55,701 nucleotides of DNA, from the IMG/VR virus record IMGVR_UViG_3300023269_000002, positions 1-55,701 of that record; one strand, 5' to 3'. Source of the DNA: a virus (Duplodnaviria > Caudoviricetes). Under the pieces are notes generated by a model, which saw nothing but the letters and a program-made list of their open reading frames with translations, was not told the DNA's origin and searched no databases. How positions within the stretch are numbered: position 1 is the stretch's first letter; every line of letters starts with the position of its first letter. Below, in pieces: positions 27,419 through 34,942 of the stretch. Position numbers and translations under genes: made by a program.

Positions 27419-28588
27419 TTACGGGGTGGGTTCGGGCAGCGTCACGGTCAGGCCGTGAACGATGCAGGGGTCGAAGTAGGCAGCGCCCATCCGCTCCGCC
27501 GTGACGAGGCGCAGGTTCTCCCGGTGGTTGATCAGCTCCTCGGTCACGATCGGCGAGAGGCGCACGGCGACCGGACCGGTCCCGTACATCCACAGGCCAG
27601 CCGCGACCGCGGGGGCGACGCCCGCCGTGGTGGTCGTGACGGCGACGGCCGGAGCCGTGCCGCCCGTGAGCAGCGCGCCGGACCCGGTCATCTGGGCGAC
27701 GTTGCCGAGCGCCACGTTCCACGTCACCACGTAGGCCGTGCCCGGTCCGGGGCCGCCGGTCACCGCGAGGTCGCCGGGGGCGATGTTCGACAGCGCGATC
27801 AGCGCCGTCTGCACCGCCCCAGCGGTCGCGTTGAACGCGATGGGGCCGGTCGTCTGGCCGGAGTAGGTGAGCGTGAACGTGCCGCCCGTGGGTCCGCCCG
27901 TGATGGCGACGTTCTGCACCTCGGCGGTGCCCGTGTCGAACGGGCCCGTGCCGGGGTAACCCGCGTCGGCGATCACGCGCGCGCCCGTCATGGTCTTGAG
28001 CAGGTTGCCGTCGAGCACGAGCGCGTGAGCGATGTGCGGGACGACCTCGACGGGCACGTGCAGCACGACGTCCATCCCGAGGGCCGCGTCGCGCGTGGCC
28101 TCCTCGAGGAACCCCAGCGCCTCCGACGGGGTGCGGGAACCCGCGTGCACGGTCACCCGTGACTCGTCGGCGAGGTAGGCGTTCACCACGCCTGCCGTGC
28201 CCTCCGGGTCGGTGTAGGAGTGCGTCCTCGTCCAGTCGCCCGACCAGAGTTCGCGGGCGAGGAACCAGGACGTCGTTCCCTCGAGCTGTCGGCGCACGCG
28301 CGCCTGGTCGTCGTTGCTGTCGCCGTAGCGGGTGCTGCAGCGGTCCTCGACGCGCAAGGGCGACGGGACGTAGTAGACGACGCCCTCGTCCCCCTCACCT
28401 ACGAGCGGGCCGAATCCGGTCGCGTCGTCGCACGGGTCGAAGAGTCGCCCTTGCGGGCAGCGCTCCGGACGCCAGGCGATGCCGTTTTCCCAGCGCGCCC
28501 CGTCGCTGGACGGGGTGAGCGCGGACGTGACCAGACTCCGTGCCGGAGCCTGCGCGGGCGCTGGCGGCGACACTGGTGCGAACTGCAT
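27419..28588 (-). CDS. Minor capsid/decoration protein with inserted module
   Basis: Directly after the capsid gene; RWENG...ARELW.G...GYPG...WMY.TGPV...AER. Confidence 0.7.
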   Translation of the reverse strand: MQFAPVSPPAPAQAPARSLVTSALTPSSDGARWENGIAWRPERCPQGRLFDPCDDATGFGPLVGEGDEGVVYYVPSPLRVEDRCSTRYGDSNDDQARVRRQLEGTTSWFLARELWSGDWTRTHSYTDPEGTAGVVNAYLADESRVTVHAGSRTPSEALGFLEEATRDAALGMDVVLHVPVEVVPHIAHALVLDGNLLKTMTGARVIADAGYPGTGPFDTGTAEVQNVAITGGPTGGTFTLTYSGQTTGPIAFNATAGAVQTALIALSNIAPGDLAVTGGPGPGTAYVVTWNVALGNVAQMTGSGALLTGGTAPAVAVTTTTAGVAPAVAAGLWMYGTGPVAVRLSPIVTEELINHRENLRLVTAERMGAAYFDPCIVHGLTVTLPEPTP

Positions 28589-28609
28589 CCCAGTCTCCTT
28601 TCGGGAGCG

Positions 28610-28645
28610 CCGTCCCGCCCCCGTTGCAGCCGGGGGCGGGACGGC
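28610..28645 (-). terminator. Hairpin after major capsid
   Basis: CGTCCCGCCCCCG...CGGGGGCGGGACG. Confidence 0.65.
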
Positions 28646-28654
28646 GGTCGTCTG

Positions 28655-30352
28655 CTAGTCGGCGGCCGATGCGGTCGTGACGGTAGCCGCGGACTGGCCG
28701 GTCGGCTGTACGGCCATGTTGATCGACATGGACTCGATGCCGCGGTTCGCCGCGATCTCGAAGGACTCCGAGAACGTCTGGAACCGGTTGTCCGCGTTGA
28801 GCGTGCTGTCGCGGACGAGGCCGAGGTTCAGCTCGCCGCCGTCCAGGTAGAGCCAGGAGCCCTCCTGGAACAGCATCATCTCGACGACGTCCGGGAAGCC
28901 GGGCACCTCGGCCTGCGCCGCGGCGAGCGCGTAGAACTGGTTCGGGATGACGACGTCCGGCTCCGGGGTCGCGAGGGTGCGACCGGCGAGGCCGTCCAGG
29001 TGCCACGTGATGTTGACGTTGCGCGCCCGGAACCAGTCGTTGATCATGGCGTCCGCGATGGCCAGCACGACCGGGCCGTCTCCGACCATCTGTCGCACCA
29101 TGTCGGCGCGCATCAGGTTGCGGGCCCACGCCGGGAGGATGGCGCGCAGGGCGGCGTCCTCGGCCAGGCGGTGCACGTTGCGGAAGTACGCGGTCACCTT
29201 GTCCAGGGTGGCCAGGATGTCGCGCACCGCGCCGAGCAGGCGGGTCGTGTAGAGCGGCTTGCTGCCCGCGCGGAGCTGGGTGAGCAGCTTGTTCTCCGAG
29301 AATCGGGCGTGCGCGATCCGCTGCGCGCGGATGCTCGCGTCCATCTGCTCGGGGTCGAACCGCGAGGACATGTTCGAGAACGTGAGGCACATGTACGTGG
29401 CCTCGACCTCGGCGGTCAGGATGCCGGGGCAGGCGATCTCGACGCAGGTCTTCGGCACCAGCGGGTCGGCGACGTCGTTCGCCTTCGTCCAGGTGCCGAT
29501 GCCGCCGGTCTGGGTGACACCGTCGAGCGCCGGGCGGTAGGTGATGCCGCCACGGTCCGCGCCGAAGCGGGTCAGCGCGTCGCGCACGGGACGGTCTTCG
29601 TCGCCCAGCACGGGGATGTCGTAGAGCACCTCGAGCGGGGCGCACAGGCCAGCCGCGACGAGCGCGTTCTGCTGCGCGTTGCGGCTGAGCACGTCGCTCT
29701 GGACGCGTTCCACCTTCTCGATGTTGGTGAAGGCGTCCGCGTTCGCGCCGAGGTGCCGCCCCTCCGGGTACCGCGTGACGATGCGGACCATGTCCGCCCG
29801 CACGCTGGACGGCGCACGGCGGAGCTGGTCGTTCCGGCGCGCGAAGGCCTCCGCGATGCCGCGCCGGGTGAGCTGCTGCTCGCCCTCGAGGCTCGAGCCG
29901 GGCAGCGCCACCGTGGTCGCGGTCGCCCGCGGGCGCGCGATGGGAGCGATCGGCGTCTGCGGCTGGGTGCCGCCCAGTCGACGCCCTGCAGCCGTGACGG
30001 CCTGCGGGTCGGCCGCGGGCTCGACCGGTGCCGGGTCGCCCTCGGGTGCCGGGTCGGCCGCGGGCGGGTCGGCCTGCGGCTCCGGGACCACTTCGGGCTC
30101 CGGGGCGGGCGTCTCCGTCAGCGCCTGCAGCTCGGCGAGCTGCGCGGCCTGGGTGGTGGCCAGCTCGGCGCGCCGGGACAGTTCGCCCGACACCTGCCGC
30201 GCCTGCGTCGCCAGCTCGGTCACGGCGGCCGCGGACTCCGCGGTCGGGGTGCCGGTGTACTGGGCGCTGGCCGTGCGAATGGCGGCGAGTGCCGCGTTCA
30301 GCTCCTGGGGGGTGGCGTCCTGGAGCCGAGTCAGGATTTCCGCGATGTCCAC
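28655..30352 (-). CDS. Major capsid protein with N-terminal scaffold-like region
   Basis: ALVAAG.CAPLE..YD...RPVRDAL..F.ADRGGI...K.C.EI.C...LNLG.VRDSTLN..N.F..F.E.FE; GGAGAGG RBS. Confidence 0.88.
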   Translation of the reverse strand: MDIAEILTRLQDATPQELNAALAAIRTASAQYTGTPTAESAAAVTELATQARQVSGELSRRAELATTQAAQLAELQALTETPAPEPEVVPEPQADPPAADPAPEGDPAPVEPAADPQAVTAAGRRLGGTQPQTPIAPIARPRATATTVALPGSSLEGEQQLTRRGIAEAFARRNDQLRRAPSSVRADMVRIVTRYPEGRHLGANADAFTNIEKVERVQSDVLSRNAQQNALVAAGLCAPLEVLYDIPVLGDEDRPVRDALTRFGADRGGITYRPALDGVTQTGGIGTWTKANDVADPLVPKTCVEIACPGILTAEVEATYMCLTFSNMSSRFDPEQMDASIRAQRIAHARFSENKLLTQLRAGSKPLYTTRLLGAVRDILATLDKVTAYFRNVHRLAEDAALRAILPAWARNLMRADMVRQMVGDGPVVLAIADAMINDWFRARNVNITWHLDGLAGRTLATPEPDVVIPNQFYALAAAQAEVPGFPDVVEMMLFQEGSWLYLDGGELNLGLVRDSTLNADNRFQTFSESFEIAANRGIESMSINMAVQPTGQSAATVTTASAAD

Positions 30353-30513
30353 GGTTCCCGTCCTCTCCGTTCGATTCGGTAGGGCGGCTCCCAGCTAGGC
30401 CGGAAAGCGTGGTCGTGCAGCTAGGCCGACGTCCGCGCGGGTCTTGCCCCGTTCGAGCGTGATCGTAGGGGAGGCCGCGGGAGCGGGTCGCGGACTTGCG
30501 TGGTTACGCGCAG

Positions 30514-30547
30514 AACGCCCCCCGTAGGTGCCACTACGGGGGGCGTT
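30514..30547 (-). terminator. Hairpin ending the inserted cassette
   Basis: AACGCCCCCGTAG...CTACGGGGGCGTT. Confidence 0.65.
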
Positions 30548-30585
30548 CGCGGTGCGGGATTGACCAGTTTCTGTCCCGCTTTTGT

Positions 30586-31089
30586 CTAGTTCTGGCTGGC
30601 CTTCTGCCCGGCCTTGACGACGTCGCGCATGATCTCGCAGAGGTAGGGCGCGAAGACCTGGATGCCCATGCTCAGCACGTCGACTTCCTCCACGGGCGGC
30701 GACTCGATCAGCTTGTCGAGCGCCTCCATTCCGGGCCGGTAGTCACCCTGCAGCGCGGCCACGCGGACCGCGTCGCAGGTGTCCCGGTCCCAGTCGTGGT
30801 CGTGCGGGCAGTTGCACGGGTTGTTCTTCGCGTTGTACTCGCTGAGCAAGAGGCCGCGGGCGTACAGGCCGGCCAGCAGGTTGTGCATCTCCCAGCCGAG
30901 AACCCGAAGCATTCTCGGGTTCGGCACGAGCGCGGACGCCACAGCCGCGGCGTACCGCATCACGAGGTACGGCTCGACGAGGACGGTCAGCGCGCCGGAG
31001 CGCACCACGCCGAGCAGCACGGAGTAGATGTGCGGGCCCGCCGTCTCGTCGAGGGGGTTGGGTTGACGCTTGAACGCGGTCTCGGTCAT
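30586..31089 (-). CDS. Hypothetical protein (CxC-H-H cluster)
   Basis: AGGAG RBS before ATG 31089. Confidence 0.65.
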   Translation of the reverse strand: MTETAFKRQPNPLDETAGPHIYSVLLGVVRSGALTVLVEPYLVMRYAAAVASALVPNPRMLRVLGWEMHNLLAGLYARGLLLSEYNAKNNPCNCPHDHDWDRDTCDAVRVAALQGDYRPGMEALDKLIESPPVEEVDVLSMGIQVFAPYLCEIMRDVVKAGQKASQN

Positions 31090-31102
31090 CGGGGCCGGTC
31101 TC

Positions 31103-31573
31103 CTACGGGGTCGGGTTGATGGTCGGGTTGATGGCCTCCGCCGGGTTGGGCAGCGGGGGCGGAGTGGTCGGGCCGAGTTCGCCGTTCGGGCCGTTGGGCT
31201 GGGCACCGTTGTACGGGTCGGTCGGGGTCGGCTCCGGGGTGGCGTTCGGGCCCGACGTGGGTGCCGGGTCGTCGGCGTTCACCGCGACGGGCGCGGCCTG
31301 TCCGGCGGGCGTGCCGATCGTCCCCTGGGTGGCGGAGCTGCTCGTCGGGTCGGGCGTCGCGCTGGGCGAGGTCAGCATCACGCCGGGGTCGTCCGGGGTG
31401 AGGTTCACCAACGGGGCGTCGGTGCTGAGCTGGTGCGTGTCGGCGACCTCGACCGCGGGCGGGTCGGCGGGGCGCTGGCCGAACGCGGGGACCGCGAACA
31501 CCAGCAGCAGGATGGAGACGACGGCGATGGCGGCGAGCGCCAGCGCACCGTGTCGCCGGAACAGAACGTCCAT
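31103..31573 (-). CDS. Secreted/membrane-anchored Pro-Thr-rich protein
   Basis: Signal peptide-like N-terminus, low-complexity P/T/D body; AAAGGA RBS. Confidence 0.7.
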   Translation of the reverse strand: MDVLFRRHGALALAAIAVVSILLLVFAVPAFGQRPADPPAVEVADTHQLSTDAPLVNLTPDDPGVMLTSPSATPDPTSSSATQGTIGTPAGQAAPVAVNADDPAPTSGPNATPEPTPTDPYNGAQPNGPNGELGPTTPPPLPNPAEAINPTINPTP

Positions 31574-31603
31574 GACGGGTTTTTCCTTTCGTGGGTGCGC
31601 TGG

Positions 31604-31879
31604 TTAGCGCTGGGGTGGGCACTTGTGCGGCATGTGGAACACGTGGCCTGCGTTGCGGAGCGCCTCGCGCTGCAGTCTGCTCGTCGGCAGGCCGGCCGTG
31701 TAGACGTCGCCGGTCACGGCGAGCAGGTAGGAGTCGTTGGGCTTGTCGTTGACGGTGTCCTCTTCGGGCACCAGGGCGACGATGACGGGCCTGCCCTTCG
31801 ACATGCGAGCCGTTTTCGCGTTGACGACGCGACCCTTGCAGCGCTCGCACCGCTGCTGGTCGTAGGTGGGGACGCGCAC
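31604..31879 (-). CDS. Small putative Zn-binding protein
   Basis: CERC...H.C. Confidence 0.65.
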   Translation of the reverse strand: MRVPTYDQQRCERCKGRVVNAKTARMSKGRPVIVALVPEEDTVNDKPNDSYLLAVTGDVYTAGLPTSRLQREALRNAGHVFHMPHKCPPQR

Positions 31880-31880
31880 G

Positions 31881-32147
31881 TCAGGCCGCCTCGTCGAGTC
31901 GCCGGACGATCGCGGTCAGGGTGCCGTCGCTGTTCCGCGTGAGCGTGAAGCTTGTGCGGTAGGGCAGCGTCTGCAGTGCGGCCATCCAGTCAGCCTCGAC
32001 CACGGCGCGGGTCGTGCTGGTGACGGCGACGTAGTCCCTCATCGCGACGACGTTCAGGGTCGCGCCCGGTGCCTCGACCCGCTGGCCGATGAGGTGCCGG
32101 GCAATGCCGCTGGCCGCGGCTCGCATGGTCTTCGGGAAGGCGCTCAT
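31881..32147 (-). CDS. Hypothetical protein
   Basis: First gene after the operator promoter; GAGGG RBS. Confidence 0.65.
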   Translation of the reverse strand: MSAFPKTMRAAASGIARHLIGQRVEAPGATLNVVAMRDYVAVTSTTRAVVEADWMAALQTLPYRTSFTLTRNSDGTLTAIVRRLDEAA

Positions 32148-32177
32148 CCGGGCTACCCCTCTCTGTCGGTAGCCCGG

Positions 32178-32206
32178 ACCTTACCCCCCATGGTGGGGGG
32201 TGTCAA
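32178..32206 (-). promoter_or_regulatory. Operator-spacer promoter
   Basis: TTGACA-CCCCCCACCATGGGGGG(17)-TAAGGT. Confidence 0.88.
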
Positions 32207-32264
32207 ACGGGCACGACCACGACGGCTAGAGTCAGCGCGCGGAAGTGGTAGCCGTCGAGGTGCA

Positions 32265-32302
32265 GAAGGGCCCGCGCCCCTGGGGAGAGGCGCGGGCCCT
32301 TC
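32265..32302 (-). terminator. Hairpin
   Basis: GAAGGGCCCGCGCC...GGCGCGGGCCCTTC. Confidence 0.65.
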
Positions 32303-32312
32303 GTCGTGCCGA

Positions 32313-32528
32313 TCAGTCCTTCGCGAACGTCAGCGTGAACGCGTCGCCGACCTCGACCTCTTCGGCGACCTCGCTCTTCACCGTCATGCCCAGGCTGAGC
32401 GCCGGGGTCGCCTCCGCCCACTCCGCGTTGCGACCCTGGTCGTAGTCGGGCCGGAACTGCAGGCTGACCTGTTGCCCGTGCTCGAGCTTCGACTCGACGA
32501 CCACCTTCGCCGTGAACCTCTTCGACAT
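32313..32528 (-). CDS. Small beta-rich hypothetical protein
   Basis: GGAGGAG RBS; N.EWA.ATP..L.M.V...G..F.L.F. Confidence 0.7.
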   Translation of the reverse strand: MSKRFTAKVVVESKLEHGQQVSLQFRPDYDQGRNAEWAEATPALSLGMTVKSEVAEEVEVGDAFTLTFAKD

Positions 32529-32530
32529 GG

Positions 32531-34942
32531 TCACTCCTCCGTAGCCTTTGCCTTCTTGGCTTCCCACTCCTCGACCGCGGCACACGCCTCCGCGCGACTT
32601 CCCGCGTTCACCTCCTGGCTACCGGGCCAGTTGGTGTCGCCGGTCGAGCACATCTTCTTGGCCGCGTTCACCGCCGTGGCGATGGCCTGCGACTGGTCCA
32701 TCCCCTTTTCCTGCAGGTGCTTCGCGATGCGCTTGATGTACTTCGGCAGGCCGCCCGCCTTCTCCACCCAGTTGGCGAGGTCGTCGACCAGCGGAGGCCA
32801 GTCCGCGAACACCTCGTCCAGCTCGGCGAGCGCGCCCTCGTGCAGCGCGCCCACGTCGACGAGCGCGTCCAGCTCGGCGAGGGCGGCCGCCTGGCGCTCG
32901 GCGAGCATCTTCTCGCGGGCCCAGGCGAGCAGCTCGCGGTCGGCCCGGCTGAGGCCGAGCTGCCCGTCCGGCACGTTCGCGGGCAGAGCGCCAGCGGCGA
33001 CGAGCGAGATGGGTGCGCCGGACGCGACACGGGCCCGCGGCACGGGGAAGCCGGGCACGTTGACGCTGAGCACGGCCACCATCTCGAGCTGTCCGCGCAC
33101 CGCTCGCCAGTCGCCGGACGCGGCGGACGCTCGGAACCGGTGAAGCTGCTCGGCCGTGAGCGTGCCGCGCACCACCCCGGATGCCCAGATGCCGTGCTCG
33201 CCGTCGGTCAGCCGGACGTCGGCGGCCGCGGTGCCGGTGTGGTCGTAGTGTCGCGCGGCCATCTGCGCGTTACTGGTCAGCTCGGCGTGGCTGGCGTCGA
33301 GCGTGATCTGCCCGACCGCCAGCTCGCCCGCGTCGGTGAGCACCGCGCCCGTGTGGAAGTACGCATACCCGGACGGCGACCGGGGGGCGGTGCGGCACTG
33401 ACCGGGGAAGCCGATGTGACACACCCCCCAGGCCGCGATGTGGCCGGACAGGTAGTGCCTGCCGTCGGGCCCCTCGGTAATGGCCAGCGCCTGCGGGCCG
33501 TCGGGCTCCGGGATGTGGAAGGCCTCCGCCGGCAGGGGCGGGGGGGCGATGGCGGCGACCATCGGCTCGCCCCCGCCGAGCGGGTAGTCGGTGACGTTCC
33601 CGCCGAGTGCGACGCGCAGCCGGTCGAAGGTCACGGGACCGGTGAAGTTGAGCGCGCTCGGCTCAACTCCGTAGCCCGCGGTGACGTGGGGCTCCCAGCG
33701 CTCGTGCTGCTCCGGGAATCGCAGCTCGCCGAGCAGCTCGCGCAGTCGGTAGACGACCTCCGACTGAATCGCTTCCGCCGTGCCACGCTGCTCCGACCCG
33801 TCGAAGAGGTAGACCGTCGCCGGGTCCTGCCCGTCCGCACCGCCGTTCGGGTTGAACAGGGCGTGCGCGAACACGTTCAACGTGACCGGCCCCATCTGGC
33901 CAGGGCCGCGGTAGTCGCCGACGGCGACCTCCTCGACGGGCCCGCCGGGCGCGCCCTCGAGCGAGTGATCCGTGATGCTCAGCGCTCGCTGATGCACCGC
34001 GGCGACGATCTCGCCATCCCAGCCGGTGACGTCGTCGCCGAGGTAGGCCAGCGTCATGTGCAGCTCTTCGGCCGGGTCGCCGCCGGGCACGGCCAGCAGC
34101 GTCGGGTCGGCTGGCACGAGCGCCACCATGCCGCCCGTGTGGGCAGGCTTCTCGTCCGGCTCGACCTGCACGTCCGGGTCGGCCTCGCTGCCCGGAACGA
34201 TGTCCTCCTCGCCGTCCGCCAGGCCCAGGCCGAGCGCGCACGGGGCGCAGTGCGAGTCCAGGCCGATCGCGCGGAACGACACGGCGGACGCCGTGATCAC
34301 CTGCCCGCCGTCCGGGACCATCAGCTCGCCGTCGACCTCGACGTACGCGTCCGCGAACGCAGGCTGCGCGACCAGGGTGCTCGCCGCGATGACGGCCTGC
34401 ATCATCCGCATCCGCGAGGGACGCTCGTTCGGGTCGTCCGGGTTGGAGTCCTCCGGGTACTCGAGTTCCACGACCAGGTCCGACAAGTCGACGGAGTTCC
34501 CGGAGAGCGCCCGGTCCATCACCATCTGGTAGGCGCTCTTGCCCTCCGGCACGTCCGGGTACATCCAGCCTTTCCCGGACCAGACGAAGGTGCCTTCGGG
34601 GAACGGCTGGCCGGTCGTCTTCTGCACGACCTCCGGGCCCGGTCGGCGAACCATCTCGGTGATCGCGCCGACGATGTAGGCGTTGTCGTGGCCTCCGCCC
34701 CCGCCGTCCGGGGTGCGCACCTGGGCGAGCAGCGACAGGGGCAGCGCCCGGTGGCTGATGCCTCCGGGCTCGAGCCAACGGCCGTCGGCGGTGTCCATCC
34801 CCTCGATCGCCATCACGGGCAGGCTGATCGGCTTCGCGCCCTCCGGCATCGTGGTCGGAGCCGCGGGCAGCTCCTCGGCCGGGACGTCCTCGACGGGCAG
34901 CTCCTCGTCGACTTCGGGCGCTTCGATCGTAGGTGCCGTCAT
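32531..34942 (-). CDS. Multidomain capsid maturation protease with embedded 2H phosphoesterase domain
   Basis: Between portal and capsid; N-term EG..T.DGR...LPL...H...VG.I...SVD...PAF..A domain; HMTLAY and HVTAGY motifs; further domain GHIAAW..CH...SGDWR...VN.PGF. Confidence 0.75.
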   Translation of the reverse strand: MTAPTIEAPEVDEELPVEDVPAEELPAAPTTMPEGAKPISLPVMAIEGMDTADGRWLEPGGISHRALPLSLLAQVRTPDGGGGGHDNAYIVGAITEMVRRPGPEVVQKTTGQPFPEGTFVWSGKGWMYPDVPEGKSAYQMVMDRALSGNSVDLSDLVVELEYPEDSNPDDPNERPSRMRMMQAVIAASTLVAQPAFADAYVEVDGELMVPDGGQVITASAVSFRAIGLDSHCAPCALGLGLADGEEDIVPGSEADPDVQVEPDEKPAHTGGMVALVPADPTLLAVPGGDPAEELHMTLAYLGDDVTGWDGEIVAAVHQRALSITDHSLEGAPGGPVEEVAVGDYRGPGQMGPVTLNVFAHALFNPNGGADGQDPATVYLFDGSEQRGTAEAIQSEVVYRLRELLGELRFPEQHERWEPHVTAGYGVEPSALNFTGPVTFDRLRVALGGNVTDYPLGGGEPMVAAIAPPPLPAEAFHIPEPDGPQALAITEGPDGRHYLSGHIAAWGVCHIGFPGQCRTAPRSPSGYAYFHTGAVLTDAGELAVGQITLDASHAELTSNAQMAARHYDHTGTAAADVRLTDGEHGIWASGVVRGTLTAEQLHRFRASAASGDWRAVRGQLEMVAVLSVNVPGFPVPRARVASGAPISLVAAGALPANVPDGQLGLSRADRELLAWAREKMLAERQAAALAELDALVDVGALHEGALAELDEVFADWPPLVDDLANWVEKAGGLPKYIKRIAKHLQEKGMDQSQAIATAVNAAKKMCSTGDTNWPGSQEVNAGSRAEACAAVEEWEAKKAKATEE

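Noticed and set aside
26781-27925. Diversity-generating retroelement template/variable repeat pair
   Set aside because: Both copies are coding, differences are not adenine-specific, and no reverse transcriptase is present.
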